DNA of 64,000 bases from an uncultured Muribaculaceae bacterium (GTDB lineage Bacteria > Cyanobacteriota > Vampirovibrionia > Gastranaerophilales > Gastranaerophilaceae). The notes under the pieces were generated by a model that searched no databases, had not been told where the DNA came from, and saw only the letters and a program-made list of their open reading frames with translations. The DNA lies in the NCBI GenBank assembly GCA_964640325.1, contig CAZXID010000001.1:3994-67993 (forward strand). Direction: 5' to 3'. Position numbers and translations under genes: made by a program. Every line of letters begins with the position of its first letter. The first letter of the stretch is position 1. Shown piece by piece: positions 9,521-18,465 of this stretch.

Positions 9521-11034
9521 GCTATTTCCGTTGCTCTAAATTCTCTTACCACGGTCACTCTTATTTGACCGGGATAATCGAGTTCGTTTTCGATTCTTTG
9601 TGCAACATCTCTTGCAAGTTTTTGTGAAGCAAGATCGTCAAACTGTTCTGCCTGAACAATTACTCGAACCTCACGGCCTGCTTGAACGGCAAAAGACTGT
9701 TTTATACCCTCGTAGCTTTTTACGATTTCTTCTATTTTTTCAAGTCTTTTTATATAAATTTCTAAAGTATCACGTCTTGCACCCGGACGGCCTGCAGAGA
9801 TTGCATCTGCGAGTTTAATCAAAACCGCCTCAATTGTATTTGCGGTTACATCATCGTGGTGGGCTTCAATGGCATGAATTATTTCTTCTTTTTCGCCGAA
9901 TTTTCTGGCAAGGTCGACACCAAGCTGAATGTGAGTTCCTTCTTGAGTTTGGTCAACTGCTTTTCCTATGTCGTGAAGCAAGCCGGCTCTTTTTGCCACA
10001 TAAACATTTGCACCGATTTCTGCCGCAAGCATTCCTGCGATGTGACCTACTTCAAGCGAGTGTTTAAGGACATTTTGGCCATAACTTGTTCTGTAATAAA
10101 GTCTTCCCAATGTTCTTACCAATTCTTTGTTGAGTCCCATAATGCCCATATCCAGAGCCGCATTGTCACCTTCTTCAAGTATTTTTTTATCTATTTCTTC
10201 TTTTGCTTTTTCAACCATTTCCTCAATTCTGACGGGGTGAATTCTTCCATCGGATATAAGTTTCTCAAGCGCAAGTTTTGCTATTTCTCTTCTTACCGGA
10301 TCAAAGCTTGAAAGAACAACTGCTTCAGGAGTATCGTCAATAATCAAATCCACTCCTGTAAGTGTTTCAAGGGTTCTGATGTTTCTTCCTTCGCGGCCGA
10401 TTATACGTCCTTTCATTTCATCATTTGGAAGTGCAACAACAGAAACTGTTGATTCAACGGTCGTATCTATCATACAGCGTTGCATTGTCGTGGTTAAAAT
10501 TTCTTTTGACTTTTCAAGTGCATTTTCTCTTATTTTTGCTTCGTTTTCTTTGATTAACTGCATTTGTTCCTGAGCTAAATCATGTTTTAATTGTTCAAAG
10601 AGCATATTTTTTGCATCTTCTGTAGATAGTCCCGAAATTCTTTCCAGCTCGGAGGTTTGCTTTTGAACCAACTCTGCCAGATAATCTTCTTTTTCAAGAA
10701 GTTCATCTTTTTTTCTTTGCAGCTGAGATTCTTTTTCTGCCACTTCTTGAGTTTTTGTCTCAAGTGAATCTTCTTTTTGCGCCAGTTTGTTTTCTATCCT
10801 GGAAATCTCTTGGCGGCGTTCTCTGATTTCCTCGTTAAGTTTCTCTCTTTCTTCCTGAACCGCTTCTTTGGCTGCAATAATCGCTTCTTTTTTCAAAATT
10901 TCTTCTTTTTCGCTAAAATCCGCCTGAGTTTTTCCTGATTGACGGGAGAGCATTTTGAATTTATTTTGTTGAATAACGACAACAGCAGAAAAAGCAATAA
11001 CAAGAATGATTGTTAAAGTTAATAATAAACTCAT
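9514..11034 (-). CDS. rny: Ribonuclease Y
   Basis: N-terminal TM helix, long coiled coil, KH domain ([15 protein letters not shown]) and HD domain (LLHDIGKA). Confidence 0.95.
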   Translation of the reverse strand: MSLLLTLTIILVIAFSAVVVIQQNKFKMLSRQSGKTQADFSEKEEILKKEAIIAAKEAVQEEREKLNEEIRERRQEISRIENKLAQKEDSLETKTQEVAEKESQLQRKKDELLEKEDYLAELVQKQTSELERISGLSTEDAKNMLFEQLKHDLAQEQMQLIKENEAKIRENALEKSKEILTTTMQRCMIDTTVESTVSVVALPNDEMKGRIIGREGRNIRTLETLTGVDLIIDDTPEAVVLSSFDPVRREIAKLALEKLISDGRIHPVRIEEMVEKAKEEIDKKILEEGDNAALDMGIMGLNKELVRTLGRLYYRTSYGQNVLKHSLEVGHIAGMLAAEIGANVYVAKRAGLLHDIGKAVDQTQEGTHIQLGVDLARKFGEKEEIIHAIEAHHDDVTANTIEAVLIKLADAISAGRPGARRDTLEIYIKRLEKIEEIVKSYEGIKQSFAVQAGREVRVIVQAEQFDDLASQKLARDVAQRIENELDYPGQIRVTVVREFRATEIAK

Positions 11035-11261
11035 AGCAATTCAATACCTCGTTCATTTCTATTTTTTTTATACACGCAATGCCCGATTTCATTACCAAAT
11101 CGAGCTTAAAGTTATATTTTTAACTGTAATTTATTGCATATATTTCCAAAAATTTATCCTACTACATCTGAAACAATGTTATCATATTTTTGGTCATTTG
11201 TACAGTGGTGTTACAAAATATTTAGTTACACAGCTGTTTAGCTCTTAAGTCTATTACACTT

Positions 11262-11293
11262 CTATTCACCATTTACCATTTACTATTTACTTT
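11262..11293. repeat. Heptamer-type array (CTATTCACCATTTACCATTTACTATTTACT), single block
   Basis: Same unit family as 9486-9520 and 25890-25919. Lies in the rny/pepA divergent intergenic region. Confidence 0.6.
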
Positions 11294-11312
11294 TTTAGCT
11301 TCGTGTTATAAT
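11285..11312 (+). promoter_or_regulatory. Candidate sigma-70 promoter for pepA (ATTTAC -35, extended -10 TGTTATAAT)
   Basis: TGnTATAAT at 11304-11312, about 30 nt upstream of the pepA ATG. A -35-like hexamer lies 16 nt upstream. Confidence 0.45.
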
Positions 11313-11342
11313 TTATAAAAATTGTTTGAAAGGAGTTTTGCG

Positions 11343-12827
11343 ATGGATGTAAAAGTTTTAAACGGTGAATTAAAAACACAAAAATGCGATTTGTTGGTTG
11401 TGGGGCTTTTTGAAAAAACAAAAACCTTAAGTGGGATTATCTCCACGGTTGATAAAGCTTTGGGCTCAATTATTACAAAATTTGTAATCCAAAAAGACAA
11501 ATTTCCCGCCAAATCAAAAGAAACTTATCTTTTGCAAACTTACGACAAAATCCCCGCAAGAAAGATTTTAATTGTGGGCTTGGGTGATAAGAAAAAATTA
11601 ACTGCCGACACAATAAGAGAAATAGGCGCAAAAATTGTTGCAAAAGCACAAAGTATTAAAGCCAAAAAAATCTGTGTTGATTTGGGAGAATTGAATATCG
11701 ACTTACAAGAAAGCGGCTATGCCTTTGCACTGGGTGCAACAATCGGCGAATATTCTTTTGACAAATACAAGTCCGAAAAAAATAAAGACAAAATCGAAGA
11801 ATTGATACTTGTTGAAAAAAATAAGGCAAAATTTGAAAAACTGCAAAAAGGAGCGGATAAAGGAATTAAAATCGCTAATGCAATGAACTTTGCCAGAAAC
11901 CTTTCTAATGAGCCGGCGCAGGAGGTTACACCCTCAAAACTTGCCCAAGTCGCAACAAAAATTAAAGGCACAAAAGGTATAACAGTTAAAATTTACGAAA
12001 AAGAGCAAATAGAAAAAATGGGGATGGGGGCGTTTTTAGCGGTAGGCAAAGGAAGTTCCCAGCTACCGAAATTCATCCACATCAAATATACTCCTACAAA
12101 ACCCAAGAAAAAAATTGCGCTTGTCGGAAAAGGAATTACTTTTGACAGCGGCGGATTAGACATCAAGCCCGCATCTTCAATGGTTACCATGAAAGACGAT
12201 ATGTCGGGTGCTGCTTGTGTTTTGTCGATTATGAACACGATAAAAGAGTTTAACCCGAAGGTAGAAGTTCATGCAATAGTAGCGGCTTGTGAAAACATGC
12301 CCGGATGCTCGGCTTACAAACCGGGAGATGTTCTGGTTGCCAAAAACAAAAAAACAATCGAAATAGATAACACCGATGCCGAAGGCAGGTTAACTCTTGC
12401 GGATGCGCTTTGTTTTGCCTCAGAGCTTGGCGTAGATGAAATTATTGACATTGCGACTTTAACGGGCGCTTGTATGGTGGCACTTGGGACTCAGGCGGCA
12501 GGAATTATGGGAAATAACCAAAAAATGATTGATGATTTGATAAAAATCGGGTCTCAATCAGGCGAAAGACTTTGGCAGTTGCCTATTTGGGATGAATATA
12601 AAGACGGTTTAAAAAGCGATGTAGCCGATATTAAAAACTCAGGCGCACGCTGGGGCGGCGCAAGCTCTGCAGGAGCTTTTCTTAAAGAATTTGTTAAAAA
12701 AGAAATCAAATGGGCACACCTTGACATTGCAGGGGTTGCCTTTCTTGAAAGCCCTCAAAAAGAGCTTTGCAAAGGCGCAACCGGTGCCGGTATAAGGACA
12801 ATTTTAAATTATATTTTGTCGGCTTAA
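11343..12827 (+). CDS. pepA: Leucyl aminopeptidase (M17 family)
   Basis: NTDAEGRLTLADAL signature and VGKGITFDSGG. The ATG at 11343 lies 8 nt after GAAAGGAG. The ORF track starts at a TTG at 11322. Confidence 0.9.
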   Translation: MDVKVLNGELKTQKCDLLVVGLFEKTKTLSGIISTVDKALGSIITKFVIQKDKFPAKSKETYLLQTYDKIPARKILIVGLGDKKKLTADTIREIGAKIVAKAQSIKAKKICVDLGELNIDLQESGYAFALGATIGEYSFDKYKSEKNKDKIEELILVEKNKAKFEKLQKGADKGIKIANAMNFARNLSNEPAQEVTPSKLAQVATKIKGTKGITVKIYEKEQIEKMGMGAFLAVGKGSSQLPKFIHIKYTPTKPKKKIALVGKGITFDSGGLDIKPASSMVTMKDDMSGAACVLSIMNTIKEFNPKVEVHAIVAACENMPGCSAYKPGDVLVAKNKKTIEIDNTDAEGRLTLADALCFASELGVDEIIDIATLTGACMVALGTQAAGIMGNNQKMIDDLIKIGSQSGERLWQLPIWDEYKDGLKSDVADIKNSGARWGGASSAGAFLKEFVKKEIKWAHLDIAGVAFLESPQKELCKGATGAGIRTILNYILSA

Positions 12828-12836
12828 TTTTTTTAA

Positions 12837-12876
12837 GTGCGGGGAAAAATCTTTGATTTTTTCCCGCACTTATTTA
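12837..12876 (+). terminator. Rho-independent terminator after pepA
   Basis: GTGCGGGGAAAAA / TTTTTCCCGCAC stem (12837-12869), followed by a T-rich tail. Confidence 0.7.
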
Positions 12877-12912
12877 TGATATTATTTTAAAATCGGTTTT
12901 ATAGGAATTAAA

Positions 12913-13992
12913 ATGAGAGAACTTGAGAATATTCCCCAAAATTCAAAAATTGCAATATACGGTGCGGGTGAAGCAGGGGTAAGCGTCAAAAAGCATATTG
13001 AAAAAAATCGTCCTGATCTTAATTTGGTCTGTTTTTTTGACAAAAACGCGAAGGAAGATTTTGAAGGGAAGAAAGTTTATCAAATTGAAGATATAACTCA
13101 TAAAATCAATACATTCGATTTTGTGGTTATTGCATCGTATTTAAATTTTCCAATTATGGAAGCAATTTTAAAGAATATTGGGGTAAAAAATTATATTAAA
13201 TCAGCGCATTTGCCTGTGCCTTTGATAAACAAAAATTCAAAAACCGAAGAAGTAAAAAAAATACTGAATACTCAGCAAAGCAAGGAAATCTTTGAACTTG
13301 TGGTCAATGCTTATACTTGTAAAAATTGTCTTGTGGCGTTGTCAAAATATTTAAAACTCAAAAATCTTGAAATTTATCCTAAAATGCACGAGCAGTATTT
13401 TGATTTTATCAACGCAGAAGTTGTTAAAACAGTAATAAGCGGCGGAGCCTATGATGGCGGCACAACGTTGCTGTTTTTAGACAGGTTTGTAAATGCACAA
13501 AAAATTTATGCTTTTGAGCCTATGTATGAAAAATTTAAGTGTGAACTTAATGAAAAGTTTATTGAAAAATCAAATAAGGTAGAAATAATTAAAAAGGGGC
13601 TGTTTGATAAATCGACAAACATAGGATTTGATGAATTCGGCACGGCCTCTAAAATAAATTCTTACGTTTCTATGAATGATATTAATACTATTCAAACTCT
13701 TTCCATAGATGATTTTGTTTCACAAAAAAATATTCAAAAAGTCGATTTCATTAAAATGGATTTGGAAGGTTGTGAGATGCTTGCGCTGAAGGGAGCCGCA
13801 AAAACTATAAGAGAACATCGTCCTCAACTTGCAATATGTATCTATCACAGTTACGATGATTTATTTGATATTCCGCTTTATTTGGGGGAAGTTTTGCAAG
13901 ATTACAGGTTTGAAATCTATCATTATTCGCCAAATACTAATTGGGAAACAGTTTTATATGCAATTCCGACAGAGATAAGCGGTGAGCAGTGA
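12913..13992 (+). CDS. FkbM-family methyltransferase with an N-terminal Rossmann-like domain
   Basis: N-terminus KIAIYGAGEAGVSVKKHI. The C-terminal half has FkbM-type motifs (ISGGAYDGGTTLLF, VDFIKMDLEGCEMLALKGA). Confidence 0.7.
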   Translation: MRELENIPQNSKIAIYGAGEAGVSVKKHIEKNRPDLNLVCFFDKNAKEDFEGKKVYQIEDITHKINTFDFVVIASYLNFPIMEAILKNIGVKNYIKSAHLPVPLINKNSKTEEVKKILNTQQSKEIFELVVNAYTCKNCLVALSKYLKLKNLEIYPKMHEQYFDFINAEVVKTVISGGAYDGGTTLLFLDRFVNAQKIYAFEPMYEKFKCELNEKFIEKSNKVEIIKKGLFDKSTNIGFDEFGTASKINSYVSMNDINTIQTLSIDDFVSQKNIQKVDFIKMDLEGCEMLALKGAAKTIREHRPQLAICIYHSYDDLFDIPLYLGEVLQDYRFEIYHYSPNTNWETVLYAIPTEISGEQ

Positions 13993-14048
13993 GATGTAAA
14001 AGGGTAAATTTTAAAATAAAGAAAAAGGTGCTTGGGACGTGCCAGACA

Positions 14049-14077
14049 GTTCACAGTTCACCGTTCACAGTTCACTG
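14049..14077. repeat. Tandem heptamers GTTCACA/GTTCACC/GTTCACA/GTTCACT
   Basis: Four contiguous 7-nt units read directly from the sequence. Intergenic, upstream of ftsZ. Confidence 0.7.
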
Positions 14078-14195
14078 ATTTGTAATAATTTCTTTACAAA
14101 ATGCGAAGTTTCTTGAACTTATATTAAATTTGGATAATAATTTGAGTATATGTTCTTTACTATTTTTTTTCTTTAAAATAGTATGATAATATATT

Positions 14196-15362
14196 GTGGT
14201 AAGTAGTAACAAAAAGAGGAATAATATAGTGGAAAATTTTGGACCAGATATCTTCGGAAAAAAAGAAGTTTTACAGCAAAAACCGGTAATTAATCCTGCA
14301 AGCATCAAGGTCGTTGGTGTCGGCGGCGGCGGCGGAAATGCCGTTAACCGTATGATAAAAGCAGGGCTTAGCGGAGTAGATTTTTGGCTGATGAACACTG
14401 ACTTGCAAGTCTTGTCTTATTCTTCTTGCAAAAATAAACTTCAGTTAGGCGCTAAATTGACAAACGGACTCGGCGCAGGCGGAGAGCCTCAAATTGGTGA
14501 AAAAGCGGCTGAAGAAGCTCAGCAGGAAATAACAGAAGCACTTGAAGGTGCTGATATGGTTTTTGTTACAGCAGGCATGGGCGGCGGAACCGGAACAGGT
14601 GCTGCTCCTATCGTTGCTAAAATAGCAAAAGAACTTGGAATTTTAACAATAGGCGTTGTTACAAAGCCTTTCTCTTTTGAAGGAAAACGCAGATTAAACC
14701 AAGCTGATCAAGGTTTAGAAAAACTTAGAGAAAGCGTTGACGCACTAATTGTTATTCCTAACGATAAATTGCTTGATGTTGTTGACAGAAGAGTTTCTCT
14801 TCAAGAATCATTCATCGTGGTTGACGAAGTTCTTCTTCGCGGTGTTCAGGGTATTTCTGATATCATTACAATACCCGGGCTTATCAACGTTGACTTTGCC
14901 GATGTTAAAAGCGTTATGCAGGCTTCAGGCTCTGCTCTTATGGGTATCGGCCGCGGTCAGGGCGAAGGAAGAGCCGTGGATGCTGCAAGAACAGCTATTG
15001 ACTCTCAACTTCTTGAAACATCAATTAACGGTGCAAGCGGTGTGATTGTTAATATTACAGGCGGACCTGATATGACACTTCATGAAGTAACAGATGCTAC
15101 AAATATAATCAATGCAGCTGTTTTGGATGATGCGAAAGTTATTATCGGTGCGGTTGTTGATGACAAGATTCAAGGGGAAATTCAAATCACGGTTATTGCA
15201 ACAGGCTTTGAACTGAGAAATCAATCTCCTATGAGTGAAAAAACAGATTCAAAAACTTTGAGTGCAGCTGATTTCTTCTCAGGCGCATTCACTCAAAAAA
15301 GACCAGCGGAGTTCACTCCCGGCTTGGGAAATATTGAAATCCCCGATTTCTTGAAGAAGTAG
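14196..15362 (+). CDS. ftsZ: Cell division protein FtsZ
   Basis: [13 protein letters not shown] and the tubulin signature [12 protein letters not shown]. The start is either the GTG at 14196 or the in-frame GTG at 14229, which lies 8 nt after AGAGGA. Confidence 0.95.
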   Translation: MVSSNKKRNNIVENFGPDIFGKKEVLQQKPVINPASIKVVGVGGGGGNAVNRMIKAGLSGVDFWLMNTDLQVLSYSSCKNKLQLGAKLTNGLGAGGEPQIGEKAAEEAQQEITEALEGADMVFVTAGMGGGTGTGAAPIVAKIAKELGILTIGVVTKPFSFEGKRRLNQADQGLEKLRESVDALIVIPNDKLLDVVDRRVSLQESFIVVDEVLLRGVQGISDIITIPGLINVDFADVKSVMQASGSALMGIGRGQGEGRAVDAARTAIDSQLLETSINGASGVIVNITGGPDMTLHEVTDATNIINAAVLDDAKVIIGAVVDDKIQGEIQITVIATGFELRNQSPMSEKTDSKTLSAADFFSGAFTQKRPAEFTPGLGNIEIPDFLKK

Positions 15363-15410
15363 CAGATTTTCAACAGGGCATAGCCCTTGTGAAATTAAAT
15401 AAATAAAAAA

Positions 15411-15444
15411 AGGGCTGATTTTCTTTGAAAATCAGCCCTTTTTA
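15411..15444. terminator. Bidirectional rho-independent terminator between convergent ftsZ and mtaB
   Basis: AGGGCTGATTTTC / GAAAATCAGCCCT stem, flanked by an A-tract upstream and a T-tract downstream. Confidence 0.8.
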
Positions 15445-15453
15445 GTGTTTTTA

Positions 15454-16827
15454 TTATTTTAAAATTAAATGTTCTTTTTCAATTTTGATTTTGTGGATTG
15501 AATTTTTTTCAAAATTGTATTTTTTAGGGTCGAGCAAAACATTTATATAATTTCTTGTCATTCCTTTAAAAAATCCTGTTTTTTTATCCAAATTCTTTTC
15601 AATTAAAACTTCTTGAATTGTGCCGATGTTTTTTTGCAAAAATTCTTCATGTTTTTGGGCTGAAATTTGTTTGATAATTGAAGCTCTTTTATTTTTGGTT
15701 TTCAAATCGATCTGATTTTCGAATTCTTCTGCTGCAGTTCCTTTTCGTACAGAATAAGGAAAGGTGTGAATTTGTGTTAGTTTTGATTTTTTAAGGTTTT
15801 CGACAGTGATTTCAAAATCTTCTTGGCTTTCACCTGCAAAGCCTGCAATAATGTCGCTTCCGATAAAAGGAGTGTCAAAAGTTTGATTTATTTTTTCAAT
15901 TAATTCAAGGGTTTGATTAACCGTATAATGCCTGTTCATTGACTTTAGTGTTTTATCACACATGGATTGAATTGAAAGGTGAAAATGCGGGCAGAATTTT
16001 TGAGAATTTTTTAAAAATTTAAGCATTTCATCGTTAATTTCCAAAGGATTTAAAGAGCCTAAACGAAAACGTTTAATGTTGGTTTTTTCTTCAATGTTTT
16101 GAAGTAAATAAAGAAGATTTTTATTTTTATCAATTGCTCCTGTGGAGTTTGTGCAACAAACTCTTACGTCGCTATCGTTAAGTTCGCCCTGTCCGGCTTG
16201 CATACCGCAAGCCGATACCGGCTCACTTCGGCTGCCGCATTCCCATTGCCCTATATGAATTCCGGTCAGCATTATTTCTTTGAACTCTGCTTTTTCATAA
16301 ATTTTTATCTGTTCAAGAATAAAATCCAAGTCTGCACTTCTGTTTTTGCCTCTGGCAAAGGGTATAATGCAGTAAGAGCAGCGATTGTCGCAGCCATCTT
16401 GAATTTTTAGACTTGCTCTTGTTTTTGTCGTGTCATTTAGTAAAATTTTATGAAAATCTTTTAGTTCAAAAATGTTTTTAACGGAAAAAGAATTTTTGGA
16501 GTTCAAAATTTCTGCCAGCTCCAACTTTTCATCATTTCCCACAACAAAATCGATAAAGGGATCTTGAAGAAGATTTTCTTTTTCAATCTGAGCAATACAG
16601 CCTGTCAAAACCGTTTTTATATTAGGATTTCCCCTTTTGACTTTTTGCAAGATATTGAAAGCTTCATTATCGCTTTTGTGTGTGACAGTGCATGAATTCA
16701 GTATAAAAAAAGCAGCTTTTTCTAAGGAGGTTTTTTCCCAGTTATTTTTAATCAAATTTTGTTCTATTAAGAACCCCTCCAGTTGGTTAGATTTACACCC
16801 CATTGATTTTAGGTTAAAAGTCTTCAT
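15454..16827 (-). CDS. mtaB: Radical-SAM methylthiotransferase, MtaB-like (tRNA ms2t6A37), carrying a ~35-aa insertion
   Basis: N-terminal MTTase domain (MKTFNLKSMGCKSNQLEG), radical-SAM CDNRCSYC, C-terminal TRAM-like domain. The ATG at 16827 is preferred over the upstream TTG at 16893. Confidence 0.8.
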   Translation of the reverse strand: MKTFNLKSMGCKSNQLEGFLIEQNLIKNNWEKTSLEKAAFFILNSCTVTHKSDNEAFNILQKVKRGNPNIKTVLTGCIAQIEKENLLQDPFIDFVVGNDEKLELAEILNSKNSFSVKNIFELKDFHKILLNDTTKTRASLKIQDGCDNRCSYCIIPFARGKNRSADLDFILEQIKIYEKAEFKEIMLTGIHIGQWECGSRSEPVSACGMQAGQGELNDSDVRVCCTNSTGAIDKNKNLLYLLQNIEEKTNIKRFRLGSLNPLEINDEMLKFLKNSQKFCPHFHLSIQSMCDKTLKSMNRHYTVNQTLELIEKINQTFDTPFIGSDIIAGFAGESQEDFEITVENLKKSKLTQIHTFPYSVRKGTAAEEFENQIDLKTKNKRASIIKQISAQKHEEFLQKNIGTIQEVLIEKNLDKKTGFFKGMTRNYINVLLDPKKYNFEKNSIHKIKIEKEHLILK

Positions 16828-16951
16828 GATTAAGACTTTAGCAGAAAAAAAATATATGTAAAGAATTATGACAACAAAAAAATCAACTAGCAAATTTATT
16901 TACTTTTGGGGTTTATAGTGTTATAATGATGTAGATTTTTTAATTTGGAGT

Positions 16952-17869
16952 GTGTCGATGCAAGTACAAAGCGTAAATAGCAATATTAACAGGGTAAAAT
17001 TCGGTTCAGAAGATCAGCTTGAAAAGGCTGTGGCTCTTGTAAACATGGATGATGTCCAAATAAGGCAGATGTCCTTATTAAAAACTAAGCAAGAACAAGG
17101 AAAACAAAAAAATTATTTAAAATCACTTTGGTTCGCCTTTCCTTTGGCAGCTACCGTGTCAAGTTTCATCTTGAAAAATGAAGGATATGTAAAAACAGCC
17201 ATAATGGATTCTAAGAAAAATATTCTTTCTGTTGCGGAAAAACCGTTAACCGGTAAATTTTCTTCTAAACTCTCTGCTGCAGGGAATACGGCTATGTTCT
17301 GGGGCGGCGTTTTGCTGGTTTCAGGCATTTATAATTCCGTTAAGAAAGCAATTGTTTCAAAATCAGAAAAAATGCAAAATTTTGAGAGAAATCATCCGTT
17401 TGCATCTTTAGTGGCAGATATAGGGCTTTTCCTCGGGACTTTGTCTTTAGCAAAAAAAGGTGCCGATAAAGTCGCAAATAAAATTATAGCTAAGTCTCCT
17501 GAATTTGTAAAAGGGCTCAATAAGAATATTGCTAATGCCAAAAATTGGCTTGATACAACAAAAATAAATACAAAAGTGTTGCCAAAATTTTCAGAATATT
17601 TTGCAAAGTTAAGTAAAAAGGCTCCTTTTGTGGCGGAGTTGGGAGTGGCAGCAGTTTCCGTGGCACCGATTATTGTATTGGTTAACAGTTTGCTCAAAGC
17701 TTCAAAGCAAAATCGTGATTTTAATAATAGTTTTTGGAATAACTACAGAACTTTTAAAGAAGAACAATTTCAAATAGCAAAACATACGACCAATGTTTTG
17801 AGTACAAGAAACGATATTCTAAAAAAAGATTCTCCTGTTGGTGATGAAGTAGAAGAATTTATAAAATAA
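16952..17869 (+). CDS. Hypothetical membrane protein
   Basis: 305-aa ORF with several hydrophobic segments (LWFAFPLAATVSSFIL, AMFWGGVLLVSGIY, LVADIGLFLGTLSLA, VAELGVAAVSVAPIIVLV). No recognisable domain. The start is GTG 16952 or ATG 16958. Confidence 0.5.
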   Translation: MSMQVQSVNSNINRVKFGSEDQLEKAVALVNMDDVQIRQMSLLKTKQEQGKQKNYLKSLWFAFPLAATVSSFILKNEGYVKTAIMDSKKNILSVAEKPLTGKFSSKLSAAGNTAMFWGGVLLVSGIYNSVKKAIVSKSEKMQNFERNHPFASLVADIGLFLGTLSLAKKGADKVANKIIAKSPEFVKGLNKNIANAKNWLDTTKINTKVLPKFSEYFAKLSKKAPFVAELGVAAVSVAPIIVLVNSLLKASKQNRDFNNSFWNNYRTFKEEQFQIAKHTTNVLSTRNDILKKDSPVGDEVEEFIK

Positions 17870-17903
17870 AATTTGACAATCAGGTTTGTTTTTAATAGTA
17901 TAA

Positions 17904-17936
17904 ACAGGAAAGCGTAAGTTAATGTTTTCCTGTTTT
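17904..17936 (+). terminator. Candidate terminator hairpin after the 16952-17869 gene
   Basis: ACAGGAAA / TTTCCTGT stem followed by TTTT. Confidence 0.5.
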
Positions 17937-17950
17937 AGTATAAATAGCAT

Positions 17951-18224
17951 GGGCGTTTAGCTCAGTTGCCCGGCGAGGTTTACCTCGCGAAGTTAGATAA
18001 AGCTTCCTAAGAAGCGCTCTATCAACTGGGGGTAAATGATAGAAATATTTACAAGATAAAACGATTAATGATAATTGAATATAGTGCGGGCGTTTAGCTC
18101 AGTTGCCCAGCGAGGTTTACCTCGCGAAGTTAGATAAAGCTTCCTAAGAAGCGCTCTACCAACTGGGGGTAAATGATAGAAATATTTACAAGATAAAACG
18201 ATTAATGATAATTGAATATAGTGC
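17951..18224 (+). repeat. Two tandem 137-bp units, each made of the tRNA-Val 5' fragment plus an antisense tRNA-Val D-arm/anticodon-stem fragment
   Basis: Units at 17951-18087 and 18088-18224 differ at 2 positions. Each starts with GGGCGTTTAGCTCAGTTG (nt 1-18 of the downstream tRNA). Each also contains GAAGCGCTCTA(C/T)CAACTG, the reverse complement of tRNA nt 13-30. Confidence 0.9.
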
Positions 18225-18297
18225 GGGCGTTTAGCTCAGTTGGTAGAGCGCTTCCCTTACAAGGAAGATGTCGGGAGTTCGAGCCTCTCAACGCCCA
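18225..18297 (+). tRNA. tRNA-Val (anticodon TAC), CCA not encoded
   Basis: Manual cloverleaf: acceptor GGGCGTT/AACGCCC, D-arm GCTC-AGTTGGTA-GAGC, anticodon arm CTTCC-CTTACAA-GGAAG, T-arm GGGAG-TTCGAGC-CTCTC, discriminator A. Total length 73 nt. Confidence 0.9.
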
Positions 18298-18306
18298 AAT
18301 TAAAAA

Positions 18307-18329
18307 TCACTCTTAGGAGTGACTTTTTT
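18307..18329 (+). terminator. Terminator hairpin after tRNA-Val
   Basis: TCACTC-TTAG-GAGTGA followed by CTTTTTT. Confidence 0.6.
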
Positions 18330-18419
18330 GTGCGAATGAGAGGCTCCGAGTACTCCGCTTCGCTTCGCTCAGCTTTGTATAGCGAACTGCAAGGCTCATT
18401 CTTAGCCTGCAACCTGCTA

Positions 18420-18431
18420 TCTCAACGCCCA
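18420..18431 (+). repeat. 12-nt direct repeat of the tRNA-Val 3' end (TCTCAACGCCCA), here followed by CCA
   Basis: Identical to 18286-18297. The downstream copy reads TCTCAACGCCCACCA. Confidence 0.8.
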
Positions 18432-18442
18432 CCACTATATAG

Positions 18443-18465
18443 AGAGGGTTTTAGCCCTCTTTTTT
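18443..18465 (+). terminator. Terminator-like hairpin
   Basis: AGAGGG-TTTTAG-CCCTCT followed by TTTTT. Confidence 0.55.

Noticed and set aside
9600-10573. Several plus-strand ORFs (9600-9818, 9834-10067, 9856-10311, 10379-10573) antisense to rny. Similar antisense ORFs lie inside ribBA, pepA, ftsZ, mtaB, fixC, comM, glgP and other genes.
   Set aside because: They lie wholly within well-supported conserved genes on the opposite strand. They have low-complexity or odd composition and no RBS, which is typical shadow-ORF behaviour.
11006-11248. 80-aa ORF in the rny/pepA divergent intergenic region (likewise 23042-23242 and 52245-52448 in other promoter regions)
   Set aside because: These are AT-rich promoter regions. 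The ORFs start inside, or antisense to, neighbouring genes and have no RBS or domain signal.
17873-17901. TTGACA-17-TAGTAT promoter-like sequence right after the 16952-17869 gene
   Set aside because: The -10 hexamer is weak and the site is immediately followed by the upstream gene's terminator hairpin. It is not reported as a promoter.
17951-18224. Possible CRISPR array (regularly spaced repeats next to the tRNA)
   Set aside because: There are only two units and they are directly tandem, with no unique spacers. The 137-bp unit is itself tRNA-derived, and no cas genes are present in the window.
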